From NCBI GenBank assembly GCA_002104905.1, contig MCFE01000374.1, positions 1-64,000 on the forward strand: a stretch of DNA of 64,000 nucleotides, in the 5' to 3' direction. Origin of the DNA: Basidiobolus meristosporus CBS 931.73. Its lineage: Eukaryota > Fungi > Basidiobolomycota. How positions within the stretch are numbered: the stretch's first letter is position 1; each line of letters starts with the position of its first letter. The position numbers and the translations under genes are program-made. Shown one piece after another: positions 1 to 11,419 of the stretch. The notes beneath the pieces are model-generated. The model saw only the letters and a list, made by a program, of their open reading frames with translations. It was not told where the DNA came from and searched no databases.

Positions 1-119
1 ACTACTAATTCCCCTTAGCTACATATTATTATATCAAAGCTACTACAGTAATGCTGGCTTTTTTTGTTTTAACTGAAATAAAGATTTCACCTGTTGATGA
101 TTGTATCCCCCCTAACCCT

Positions 120-415
120 TGTAGTCAATGATGTTTGTGACTAATTTAGGTGAATATTTAGTTGTAGTTGCAAAACTTACACCACTCATAAAGCAGACAT
201 GTGCAATATACTTATGATGGGCCTACTAATATATGCACAAGGCTTAAGGGTATTTAGACAACCCAGAGAATTCATATGTTCTGGGTACCCAATATTTTGG
301 TAAAATATCCCGAGTACATCCAAACAAAGAATATAGGCAAAAATACCAAGGTTGTTGAGTTATAACCCAAGTGATCAAGTCATTGGAATTAATTAAAGGT
401 ACAAATTTTACATCA
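120..415 (-). mobile_element. Degenerate Ty1/Copia LTR fragments (at least two partial copies), same family as the LTR at 52363-52710
   Basis: The reverse complement of ~200-415 aligns by eye to 52363-52590 (e.g. ATATTTT-ACCAAAATA..GGTACCCAGAACAT..AATTCTC..GTTGTC) with mostly transition differences and starts TGATGTAAAA vs TGTTGTAAAA. The reverse complement of ~125-165 (CTAAATATTCACCTAAATTAGTCAC) matches 52387-52411. AT-rich and CpG-poor. Confidence 0.6.
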
Positions 416-722
416 GGTGTTACATGAGATTTATGTTCTCAGCTACATACGAGTGTAACAAATGAGAATTACAAAACCCAGCTACTGACGCTCTAATGTA
501 TTATAAATACTTTGTATTTGGCTGTGTGAGGAATGGAACACGTGTAGGGAACCACATCAAAAAGGTGGCGGTATCAGTAAAAACGATTACAATCTAAGTG
601 AGAAATTTCTACAAGGGATATGGATTATGGAATCAAAAATTCGACTGTTACAGAGTTCAGTATTCAAGTAAGCCGTATAGAGCGAGGATAGCTTGCAACG
701 ACGTATCTTGTATAATAAATAA

Positions 723-1784
723 TTACAAGTAGTCTGGAGAGTAACTAGTTGGCGGCATAGATGGCATGGTCTCATCGGAAAGGGTACTGGATGATGCATA
801 ATAGGAAGGTGGCTGTTTGATTGCGTGATACTTCGGAAGCTGCTCCGCCTCTGGAGCAATTATGGGCGAGACTACACTGATCGGGATCTTAACGGTGATA
901 GAGCTTTCTCCCTCCTCAATTGTTTTATAGCTGATTCGAACATCCAGCCTGTGATGGATTACAACGTTGTAGTTAGAACAACTACAACTAGCATCCTCTG
1001 GTACTGCCATTGGAATAATTTTCCCGTATTCTAGGATGCGCATTGATTTGGACATAATATCCAGGCGCTTCAGGAAGTCGGCTGCTGACACAACAGTTTG
1101 ATCATTTTTTGCGGGAATATAGAACTCAGTATACTCGTATAGTGTACAGGTTATATTGGACAAGCACAAGCCAGCTCTCAAAGGCAGCGTGGACACCTTG
1201 ATGTCGAACTTCTCTCCAGGATTGTAACCTGATTTTGGTAGCGTGACATTGCATGCGAGTTTGCCTTGGGCGATATCTTCAACTATATACTCGTACTTTG
1301 GATCGTATTTCCAGTCTGGATTGCGCAGAACAGGTACAGCTACCTCAGACTTTAAATTGACATTAATGAACGAGGTTTCAGCTACAGCCTTTAGCGTATA
1401 TTTGACTTTCCCGAACTCTCCTTGGAATGATTCTGGAAGGTCGCAAGGTAGCAGAAGCTCGAACGGAACAGTATGCTGACCTGTAAATGGAATGGGTTTC
1501 TCATGGTCAAATAGAATGACTGTTTGATACACAAGATCACGACGAGTTTTTTTAATGGCAGCCGGAAATTGCATGGATAGTCTCCCATGGAACTGAAGAC
1601 TTAATTTTTTGACTTTCAGGATGGTGCTTGTACTTAAGATAATGCTTCCTCGAAGCGCCATTGATGAGGCATCGTCAGCGCTGAAAGTATTTGTGAAAAG
1701 GGCGTCATCTTGGAGAAGGATGCGTAGTGTTGAATGCATCGTGTGGATTGAGGGTTTGTTGCTACTTGCAGTGCAGATTAGCAT
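723..1784 (-). CDS. Alpha-arrestin / arrestin-related trafficking adaptor, intronless
   Basis: Arrestin-N motifs (LRGSIIL, VPFELLLPCDLPESFQGEFGKVKYTLKAV), an arrestin-C-like region (YNVVIHHRLDVRISY) and C-terminal Rsp5/NEDD4-binding PY motifs LPKY and PPSY. Confidence 0.85.
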   Translation of the reverse strand: MLICTASSNKPSIHTMHSTLRILLQDDALFTNTFSADDASSMALRGSIILSTSTILKVKKLSLQFHGRLSMQFPAAIKKTRRDLVYQTVILFDHEKPIPFTGQHTVPFELLLPCDLPESFQGEFGKVKYTLKAVAETSFINVNLKSEVAVPVLRNPDWKYDPKYEYIVEDIAQGKLACNVTLPKSGYNPGEKFDIKVSTLPLRAGLCLSNITCTLYEYTEFYIPAKNDQTVVSAADFLKRLDIMSKSMRILEYGKIIPMAVPEDASCSCSNYNVVIHHRLDVRISYKTIEEGESSITVKIPISVVSPIIAPEAEQLPKYHAIKQPPSYYASSSTLSDETMPSMPPTSYSPDYL

Positions 1785-3150
1785 TCTTTTATACCGCGTG
1801 CTATAACCTTAAAATTCACGCTCGAGTGATGATTGCATAGACAGTCGGACTGGGGAATATTTGACTGGCATTTTTCAAAGCTAAATCGCATTTTACTTTC
1901 ATTACCTCAAGGGAGCATCTCACCAACTTGGAAAGTCTATTAATAGCAGGGATTTGGGGGAATTTTCTGATGGATCCCGATCACCATCATGTGCAGTGTG
2001 TGAGAGGCGTGAATAAAATAAGCGATTTACAAATTTAGGCACAAGGGAAGGGACTGAAGGCTAGAGTACCCTGGCTCACTAACTAACTCTAAAGTAACCA
2101 TCAAAGCAATAGTCCGTTTTTGACTGAGTGAGTTGACAGGTTCGCTCATCATTACTCAAATAGACTAGCATATATGCACTCCAATCCATCAAATTGGATC
2201 CCCACTTGTACTCCTGATTAGACTCATATAATATGGTGGTACAGCAGGAAGTTATTAATAAACCCTCCATAGTCTATTCTTGTACGGCTCGAGGAAGCTC
2301 GACTGAGTAACAAGCCATCCGACTAAGGACTGTTTGTTCAGATTCATAACTGAGCAATCAGCTTTGCTCACGTCGGATGAGCAATATTTCCATATTGAGC
2401 GGTAGAAATCATCGCACTACTGCTATGCCCTGTACATATTGAAATTTTGGTAGTTGCAACTGATGGCTTCAATGCTGTTTATTTGTTATTTTCGATTTGG
2501 AGAGGATCACTAGAAAAGTCCTTGATGTTGTCTGATATTAAAGCTCATGTATGTGTATAACGACGGGGAAAGGATATAACACGCAGAGGGCTGAGGATTT
2601 GCAACAATTTTGGCATGAGCTTTATGAATGCATACTTAGATATGACCAACATAAGCTCAAACCTTCCATGCTACATATTAATGTCTGTTATTTATACAAA
2701 GAACTTTCCAGTATATTATTGTTGAGATCCCTGCAATGAAGATGGGGGATGTCAAAAATCCGAGGCATATGTTCACTCTGCAAGCTTCACACTGAAAACT
2801 TCCAAGTTCAGGTACTTGTAATATGTCAATTGCAGCAGGTGTGCGCATATGCTTTGGTCAACACGCCGGAGCTAATAGTATTTATTCATTTAAACTATAC
2901 ATGTAATATACTGTAAGAGCAAAATATTGGTCTTGATTCTATGTTGTCCGCCCTATAGGTACGCATTTTGATAGCACCACCAGATCAATGGAACCTTGGA
3001 ATATAGTAAGAATGATATGCCGAAATTCGCAACCATTGTAGATGACAATAAGCTAGTCACTAAGGGATCGATATTTTGGTTAGCACGTTTAAAAGCGGCT
3101 GAACACCCACAACAACATAGCGGTGGATTTATTTAACAAAAATAGTCAGT

Positions 3151-3212
3151 TCAGCAAGAGGAAAGTCTGTCGGTCGGTGGGTCAGCAAGAGGAAAGTCTG
3201 TCGGTAGGTGGG
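3151..3212. repeat. 31-bp tandem duplication (1 mismatch) covering the last codons and stop of the GH5 gene
   Basis: 3151-3181 TCAGCAAGAGGAAAGTCTGTCGGTCGGTGGG vs 3182-3212 TCAGCAAGAGGAAAGTCTGTCGGTAGGTGGG. Confidence 0.95.
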
Positions 3213-4530
3213 TTAGGAATCCACCCCTCTTCTACTCCTTGGATATAATTCCATTGAGGAGAGTTTTCAGCTTTGAAGTTCCAGAAAATCCAGCCATACC
3301 CTGCTTCGTATGCGTCCATCTGTTTCTCAGCAAACTCGCGCAGGAATGCACGGTAGCTTTTACCGAACTTGGCAACATTCCCTTCATCTTTGCATGTGCA
3401 GCTAGGACACACTGGCTCGGTAGTAATAAAGGTTCCATCATATCTTGCGCCTTTCTGGAACCCATTTAGCCACAGAGTGCAGTCTGTGGTAGCCAGACTC
3501 CATTCGCCCACGATAGTGCGCAACGGGCTTCCTCCGATTCTGGCTTTATCATTGCATGTCATCTCCAGATGTTGTTGACGAGAGTATTTAAGTAGGTTGA
3601 CATCAAAAACCTGGTAGATATGGGTATCCAGCACTGTGTTTTTCATGGAGCTCAAGAAACTCCCAATCTCGTTGAAGAAGGAGAACCCGTCATGGCCAAA
3701 TGTTGCCGGTTTGTAGCTTAGCTTGGAAGCGTTGTGAATGGCAGTATACGAACGGCCATAAAAGTCTTTGAGTAGATCCAGAGTCACCCCGGTATTCGGA
3801 ATGGCAAATGGCTCGTTCAGAAATTGGATTGAAACATCCCCATCTCCTATTTCTGCCCGGAACTCCTTTGTGACATTACTGAGTACGTCGATGGTACGTT
3901 GGATGTTGTTGGCCTCCTTAGGCCAATTAACCGGCCCAGCACGTCCACTATTGTCGAAGCCATTCTAAGCGCACAAGATGTTAGCAATATCCGAGTGGTG
4001 ATTTACAGGCTTGCCATTACCTGTGATCCGGGAGCCCCATGCAAATCCAACAGAACATGCAGGTTGTGCTGAATTGCCCACTTGACTGCCCTCCGTAAAT
4101 AAGGATACTGGCCTTGAACATAAGGCTCGTGCTTTTCTACGTCCACCATCCAATATCCGTAAGGAATTCTAACAGTATTCAGGCCATAATTCGCAAGCTT
4201 TTTGATGTCTTTCTCTGTCACCCAGGACTCCCAGTGCCTTCTGAGCTGACTGTAGGCTTTGTTTTTCCCGAGGCTCTCGGTGAAGGTGTATTCATCTACT
4301 GCAGCATCATCTTTACCTCTGAATTGCTCAAATAGACTTGGTGTGATCCCTATAGGAAAGATCAATCAGGTTAGAATGGATCTTCTTGCTGGAAATTGAC
4401 CCCACTCACATGGCTCAAGCAACAGCCATCCGCCAAGATTAGCGCCACGGATGGTATCAGGCAACTGGGCAGCATGGATAGCTGCACAGAGCACAGCCGA
4501 AGAAACAGTAATGAAAGTGGTCAGCCTCAT
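3182..4530 (-). CDS. Secreted glycoside hydrolase family 5 exo-1,3-beta-glucanase (Exg1-like), 3 exons
   Basis: Signal peptide [21 protein letters not shown]; [15 protein letters not shown]|ITPSLF across a GT-AG intron; [10 protein letters not shown]; [11 protein letters not shown]|NGFDNSG across a second intron; catalytic LNEP and VGEWS motifs; C-terminal [10 protein letters not shown]. Confidence 0.92.
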
Positions 4531-5089
4531 CCCGTAGTAGTGAAGTGTGGACAAGCAAGGGACGTTTTATATTGCCCTCATTGTTTAAAACATGCTGGAG
4601 AGAATATGGCATTGATTCGGTAATTTCATTAACAATGGAAAGCCCCCTTATTGGTCAGATTACGCTATTCAGCAACAACTTTTGCAGATACCCAAACGCT
4701 GGGAACTAATGTTGCATCATATCCTGAACCGGCCGAACGTCATATTGTTCAGAGTTGTACCACAACTACTTGAGCATCTGCACCCTAAATGGCAGCTGAA
4801 GAGTAGTGGCCATTCAAGAGTAACTAATCCATCAATGCCTATTCTAGAATTTGCCAACCCCAGGTGGACGCTTTTGTTGTGAGGAAGAGCCTCCCGCAAG
4901 CAGTAGAGATGTACGTAACAGAGTAGATAGGCAGTTAGATCGCACATTTCAAGTAAATGGGTTTCACCGTCAATCCTTTAATCACTGGAAACCAGTTTGG
5001 AGCGGGAACGAAATGAGGGTTGGGGCTGGTCGATTGTGAATTAGGTATGATTAACCATCGAGTATATGGTAGTCTATCAGAGATCATGT

Positions 5090-5171
5090 GGGTCAGGGCT
5101 AGGGTCAGGGCTAGGGTCAGGGCTAGGGTCAGGGCTAGGGTCAGGGCTAGGGTCAGGGCTAGGGTCAGGGC
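5090..5171. repeat. Perfect telomere-variant tandem repeat (GGGTCAGGGCTA)x6.8, with 14 GGG tracts
   Basis: Six full 12-mers plus GGGTCAGGGC with no mismatches. It alternates TCAGGG and CTAGGG and begins 5 nt beyond the stop codon (5176-5178) of the minus-strand F-box gene. Confidence 0.97.
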
Positions 5172-5175
5172 CAGA

Positions 5176-6289
5176 CTATTGAAAGAAGGAAATGGCAACT
5201 CTATGTTTGTCAAAAACGGCATTCTGGAAAGCTTTTGTGACAAACTGATTACTCAAGATTACAAGATTTTGAAGTGACTTTAAACTTGTGATCAGCCGGG
5301 TAATAAAGTCGGTTGTTATATTTGGGAATGAAAGACATAGTGTGGTAAGGTCTTGGAAGCCTAGCAAGGGCTCTAGCAATTCCTCTGCTTCAAAAAGTAC
5401 CTCCGTTGGATCCTCAACTCCAACCCAGAGAGTTGCTAAGGTGGATATACTTGAGAATGCTCGCAGGACTGCTGGATGCACGGAATAGGATAATGTTAAT
5501 TCGAGTCTGACTAAATTGACACATGCTCTTCCAAGTTTGCTGAGAATAGCCTGATCTATCCTGGAGCACCTTCTCAAAGTAAAGCATGTGAGTCTTGGAG
5601 CACAGCATTTAATTATTTTCCGGATTGTTTTGTTGTTGACTTGGCGGCAGTGCACAATTGAAAGGCTAGTAAGCTTTGAACACCGGGATATCACCGCGCT
5701 CAACCCCTCGTTGGATATTTTGTGACAGCTTTGTATCGTGAGAGAGTCCAATTCGGTACAGCGCTCTGCTATCTGAAATAGTACTAGCAAGTTGAAAACA
5801 ATTAAACCACATTATTCTACTCGACGCGCAGCGCTCATCACACTTACTGATATCGGATAGGTACTGGTTCTCGCCGAGCTTTATGACCTTTAGACTACCC
5901 AGATGAAGAATCTTGAAGAGTGAGTAATCGGTTACTCGGCTGCAATTGAGTAAATTCAGCACGGTGAGTTTTTCACTCAAGGCCCAAGAGGCAGCATCGA
6001 TCTCTTCCGGAAGACAGAATCTTACGTTGGAAAGGTCTAGTCGAACTACTAGTTGTCCGTAGTTTATAGTAGATTCTGCTGCACTACTTTCCCTCATCGT
6101 CCTTACGAACTTCCCCCAGGCAAAAGCAGAGGAGAACTTCGGGGCATAATACAGCCGACCTATCGTTAGGTAAAAGAAGGAATGATTAACCTTCACTAGA
6201 GAAAGTAGCTCCTCTGTAGATTGGAAGTAAGGCAAACATAATTCGAACAGTTCGTTTGGTAACAGGGTGTGATGGCCAAAGAATATCAT
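5176..6289 (-). CDS. F-box / leucine-rich-repeat protein (FBXL-like), one intron near 5790-5880
   Basis: N-terminal F-box-like LLPNELFELCLPYF; cysteine-containing LRRs (LTVLNLLNCSRVTD, LDSLTIQSCHKISN, LTSLSIVHCRQVNN, LTCFTLRRCSRID) split between two ORFs. Confidence 0.82.
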
Positions 6290-6384
6290 TAGATAGTTGG
6301 CATTCCGTATTTACCTCGATTTTATACCATAGTAGTTAAGTATATTCATGATTGGAATTCACTATTCATGGATCCTATTTGTCC

Positions 6385-6444
6385 AAGAGAGATGGTCACC
6401 CTCAAACTGCAACTAAGAGAGATGGTCACCCTCAAACTGCGACT
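6385..6444. repeat. 30-bp tandem duplication (1 mismatch) upstream of the F-box gene
   Basis: AAGAGAGATGGTCACCCTCAAACTGCAACT followed by AAGAGAGATGGTCACCCTCAAACTGCGACT. Confidence 0.95.
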
Positions 6445-7038
6445 TTTTGCAGGTCGTAGTCTGGACTTGGGATTGCGGTACAAAGGAAATTCCAAAAAAT
6501 GATGGACGATTCCAAGGTGAAAGTACCCGATGGTTTACACAGTTGCACACGTCCATGTCAGCATATTGCTGAATCAGCAGCTTTAAATCTGACCATCTGA
6601 TCTTACCATAAAGCACCAAATTCCTGGCGACGAACACCATATTGAACATTCTGACCCTTCCGCCATGGACAACTCTAACCAAAGCAAGAACTTGTCAGAC
6701 AACCAGATCCTCAGGAAGGTAGCAAATCTCAAGGTAGCACCAGACAGTCAGTCTGGATGTAGTACCTAGATGTTAGCTGGTAGCAACGCTTATCTGCAAA
6801 TCAATCACGCCATATCAGTCCCATTTTCCCCAATTTCCCCAATTTCTGATGGCCAAACCGCCCTCTCCATAGAGTATTTTGAACAACCATCCTCTTTTGC
6901 AATGGTGATTTTTTTCGGATAGTTGGCAATGAAGCGGAATATGGTTTGGGGTGATCTCGATCCTAGCAACCATTTAGAAAACTATTAAAACCCTCATCCT
7001 GTTCTATGCTTCTCTCGAAAACTGGCTATTCTTGTTAG

Positions 7039-8142
7039 ATGAACTCCTCTATCCCATATCCCCTCGCTACAAGCGAGGTAGATGATCAGATTCTTGAGTT
7101 GGATAATATACTTACAGCTCAGCTCGAGAACGCCACCTTATTGACAGGATACGTGACTCCTCTTGACATTGATAGTAGCCCATCCAAGGTACCGTTTCCA
7201 GCACATCAATCCTTGGAGAAAATTCCTTGGAATCAGCCACTCTTGAATTGCACATCAAGCAAGGTGTCACCAGTTAACGTGACTTTCTCTCCGTCCACCC
7301 TCTCAACTGAATCATCAACGATACCTGATCTCTCAACTTCGTTGTTGGATGGATCAAGCTTAGCTTGGGGAGTCACCCATAACCTCCCTTCCCTTTCAAG
7401 TCAGGCCTCTATGTACCAATATACAAATGCTGATCTCCATTGCTTGCTACCACGCTGCGTGAATCCACCCGACAGTCATCTCCCTCCTTTTGATAACATG
7501 CCACCTGGCCGGAAAAGAAGCATCTCCTGGATCGATGTGGAGACCCATTCTTTTGGTGGCAATGATATAAGCCAGATCTCTCACCAGGCGTCACCATTGA
7601 CACGCACTCGACGTTTTTCCTTGCATCTGCCAGTTCAAGCTACCAGGTCTACCTCAACTTCACCCAACCCGAGGGATTCGCTCTCAATTGACTACAGTCC
7701 AAGTGCCATTTCCAATAAGCCCCCAAATGGCGTGGATGGAAATGCGAACGATCCGGTCAATCTCCCTGTTGTATATGAATCTCTAACAAAGCTCGAACGT
7801 TACCTGCCTTCAACCAACCATGGTTCAGAACCCAGAAACGTGGTAGGGGGAAGTCACAAAAGCTCTCAAAAGGTGCGAAATACTGTCGATATATCAAATG
7901 ACTATTCTGCCGCGAACAAAGAAACACCCGGAAAGCATCAAGCGCTAATAGAGCGGCGCTTGTCTCGTCGGAGAGAGAGGAACCGACTGGCTGCACGCAG
8001 AAGTCGAGAAAAGCGAAGCCAACATTTACAGGAGTTGGAACAAGGGAATCGAGCATTAAGCAGCGAAAATGCGGCATTAAAAGTAAGACTCTATGCGGCC
8101 ATACAAGAGCTGCAAATGTTAAGAGCCACCAAAATCGACTGA
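7039..8142 (+). CDS. bZIP transcription factor (ATF/Fos-like, C-terminal bZIP), intronless
   Basis: Basic region RRERNRLAARRSREKR followed by a leucine heptad (LQELEQGNRALSSENAALKVRL); long S/P-rich N-terminus. Confidence 0.85.
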   Translation: MNSSIPYPLATSEVDDQILELDNILTAQLENATLLTGYVTPLDIDSSPSKVPFPAHQSLEKIPWNQPLLNCTSSKVSPVNVTFSPSTLSTESSTIPDLSTSLLDGSSLAWGVTHNLPSLSSQASMYQYTNADLHCLLPRCVNPPDSHLPPFDNMPPGRKRSISWIDVETHSFGGNDISQISHQASPLTRTRRFSLHLPVQATRSTSTSPNPRDSLSIDYSPSAISNKPPNGVDGNANDPVNLPVVYESLTKLERYLPSTNHGSEPRNVVGGSHKSSQKVRNTVDISNDYSAANKETPGKHQALIERRLSRRRERNRLAARRSREKRSQHLQELEQGNRALSSENAALKVRLYAAIQELQMLRATKID

Positions 8143-8523
8143 GAGCACCTCACCGTCCATTGGCACCATGAAGGCTCAATTTGTAAGCTACAATGTATAT
8201 TTTCACTAATGAATAATAGAACGGTCACAATGAAAGACGCGTATACAATACAACCTAGCAGTCACATTTCGTTCCCAGGAAAGAATCCATTGGGGAATGT
8301 GACCATATTGAGCGATGATCTTGGAAATGTTGAAACAGACAATCATATAACCAAAATGAGTAATGTCTCACACTAGTTTCGAAAAGAAACCTCCGCCTGG
8401 CGCTCGAGTATTTCGAGAAATCTGTTTTTATATGGGTACAGAAATTATGGAGTAGTGATGTGGTGATAGCTGGGAGGGAGAAATGCGATGATTTAATGTG
8501 GGAAGGCTGAAGGTCATGTTGCT

Positions 8524-10533
8524 TTACATTCTTTGGGTAGCAAATAATTTGTCGGAATGCTCAGGGTAACGCTTCAAAAATTCGATTTGGCAGAGCGCAG
8601 CTTCCTTGAAGCTGACCGAGTTGGAGAGCTCCATTTGGGTTCGGCCGACCTCGATAGCTTGGTTGAAGTAATCGAGAGCTTCTTGGATCTGTCCTTGTTG
8701 TAGGGAGAATTGCGCAAGAGTGGAAATCGCCACATAGTTATCATGGTCGACTTCGACTGCTTGCTTGCAGAGGTCCATGGCTTCTTGGACATCTTGCTTC
8801 CACTGGAAAATGGTGACTCCCTTGTTAATCAAGGGGCTAGGATTCTTGGGGTCGCAAGCGATGGCCTTGTCAAATGAAGTGACGGCTTCTTCGAAGCGTT
8901 GTTGGTCCATGAAGAGCTCGCCATAGTGGTTATGGACATCAGTGTTCTCAGGGAATCGGCTTAAAGCCTTACGGAAGGTAGCAGTAGAGGCCATGATAGA
9001 GCCGCTCTTATACTGAGCAACACCAAGCTGAATCATAGAGAGAGGGAAGTCGCTATTGAGAGAAATACTCTTGTTGTACTCTTCAATAGCTTTGTCGACT
9101 TCGCCAAGAACAAGGTAGACCTGGCCTCTATGATAATAAACATCGGCATTATCGGGGTTAAGGTTAGCGGCCTTCTCGTACTCCTCAAGAGCAGAAACGT
9201 AATTGCCAGTGGCATCAAGAAGGATAGCACCCTTTTTGATGTAGCTAGGAACATATGATTGGTCGTATTCGATGGATTTGTTGAAATCCTCCAAGGCCTC
9301 GGTAGAGGCTCCCTTCAAGAACTTGAAGGATCCACGCATACTATAGGCATATGCCATGTGAGAGCAACCCTTCTCAATGGCCTGGTCGAAGAAGCCAATC
9401 ACGTCGTTATATCTGGTTTCCTTGATGGCTTCTTGAGCTTGGTACAACGCAAAGTCGCCATTTTCTTCCTCGGGCTTCTCTAAATCAAGTAGTTTCTCTG
9501 GTGCAGATTAGGAGATCAGTATGTTAGTAGTGGACTCAGAGAAATAATTAGAGATATTTATGCTACCAGAGCTGAAGGAGTTGAGGAAAGATTGGACCAC
9601 AGAGATAGATGGATATTGTGCCTCTCTGGAGTTCAAGATCTCCACTGCAGCAGTATCTGAAAGCTTCTTGAGCATGCGTTCCATAGAAGCAACAGCGGTT
9701 TGGTTGGAATAGCCTTCGAAGACACAGGCAGCCATAAAGTCTAAAAAGGAAAGCCATCAGTCACTGAGTCTGACCGAGTCAACTATTCAGGTGAAGGAAG
9801 GAGGGTCATTACCGTGCAAAGAATCTCTTAATTGTTCAACCTTCTCGTAGGCCTGGGCCCTTCTGATAAGGGCCTTTACGTAGAGTGGTTCAATGGCAAG
9901 TGCCTTTGTACAATCCTCAATCACGTTCTTATACTCCTTGAGGTTAGCATAACAGGCGGCTCTGTTAGCGTAGTATACATGATCAGGCTTGAAAGCAATG
10001 GCTTGAGTATAAAGTTTAATAGCGGAGTCATAATCCTTGGAACCAAAGTAGCTGTTTCCTCTGCTCTTGAGAGATTGAGCATATCTTAAACGGGTCTACA
10101 GTTAAAGTGATGAGATAAGGAGAACAAGCCACAATGTAGTACATCCAAAAACAAACCTCTTGAGGAAGTGCCTCAATTTCCTCGGCAGTCATGCTGGCAG
10201 GATCGGCGTTTGGCTCGGCTAAAAATTGATCTCTGTTAGGCAAGCTAGCTACAAAGGGCAACCTTGAATATACTCACAACTGGGCTCACTAGCTTCAGCA
10301 GACTTCTCACTGCTTGTCTCTTCAGCAGCTTTTTTCTCACCCTTGGCCTTCTTTGAGCGCTTGGGCTTCTGTTGCTTTTGGCCTTTAGACAAGTACCAAG
10401 CGCCCAACCCTGCGAGAACAAGTGGGGTAGCAACAGCCAAATAGAACTTCCAATCCTTTTCCGAGAAGAACTTCTTAACGGACTCCGAATTGGAGGTCTT
10501 GGCGATGGTTGAGGAATCAGTTGTATTGGCCAT
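8524..10533 (-). CDS. TOM70: Mitochondrial import receptor Tom70 (TPR protein), multi-exon
   Basis: N-terminal anchor (DWKFYLAVATPLVLAGLGAWYLS) then a K-rich linker; TPRs (YTNRAACYANLKEY, ALYRRAQAYEKVEQ); MAACVFEGYSNQ...SMERMLKK; C-terminal TPRs ending FLKRYPE. Confidence 0.93.
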
Positions 10534-11068
10534 TGTTTAGAAAGAGAACAACTTGGTTGAGCCCTAGGAGTTATCAAGTACACGGTAATTAAAAGCGCAC
10601 GAAGTGAAAAAGATTGCTAAGCTTTTCAAAAGTATCTCGAAGCCAGCCAATCAGTTGACGCGTAAGATATCCACATAATCCCCAGCTTAAGCCATCATGA
10701 TGAGTTAAGCAAAATCGAAGATTCCATGACGTGATGAATCAACGAGGTTGAGCGCCTAGCAGTATTTATACTTCGCACTGACAGTCTTCAATCGGTATGA
10801 TGCGTCTATCTGCACTAACTGAATACCGACCGTCCTCCGCTACAATATTGCCCTTCGGCTTTTTGCCTAAATTCTCCATCAGTAACGGCCCCAGTAAATT
10901 AGGGAAGAGGTATGGCACCCTAGATGCCACTTCAGCTAACTGATCACAATCTCATACCTGGTTTCAGCCTGTATCCGTCTACTCCACACTACCTTATTGG
11001 ATACTCACCTTCGCTCATTTTTACGTAACACGTTGTTTCTCCCGGCGGATCTTTCTCTTTGCAACGTT

Positions 11069-11419
11069 TCATCTTTTCATGGAATATATAAAATGCCATC
11101 CCTCCATCTCCGCTCGGCTCATTAATCTCCAAGAATGATTCGTCTGGTTTATGTTATATGTATTGCCATGGCCACCGGGGCCTCTCGACTCGTCCGACGC
11201 GATGACTGCATTCCTGCGGAGATCATTGACAGCACAAGTAACAAGAAAGAGATCATTTGTGTCGACGAGAGTATAGGCTCGAATATCCTGGCTCAGATGT
11301 ACCATAACTAGAGTATCCCTAAACATAACCTTGATGTGCACAGACCCATCATTCATTATAAATCCACATTCCATATTATCGTGAGATGAGTGTAACAAAT
11401 AAAGATGCACACTTCGCAA
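11069..11419 (-). CDS. Short hypothetical ORF, no recognisable family
   Basis: The only sizeable ORF in a ~2-kb intergenic stretch; globular-looking composition; no motif recognised. Confidence 0.2.
   Translation of the reverse strand: MRSVHLYLLHSSHDNMECGFIMNDGSVHIKVMFRDTLVMVHLSQDIRAYTLVDTNDLFLVTCAVNDLRRNAVIASDESRGPGGHGNTYNINQTNHSWRLMSRAEMEGWHFIYSMKR

Noticed and set aside
4935-5277. ORFs encoding (LALT)n and (VRAR)n peptides
   Set aside because: They are only translations of the 12-bp telomere-like repeat and overlap the F-box 3' end.
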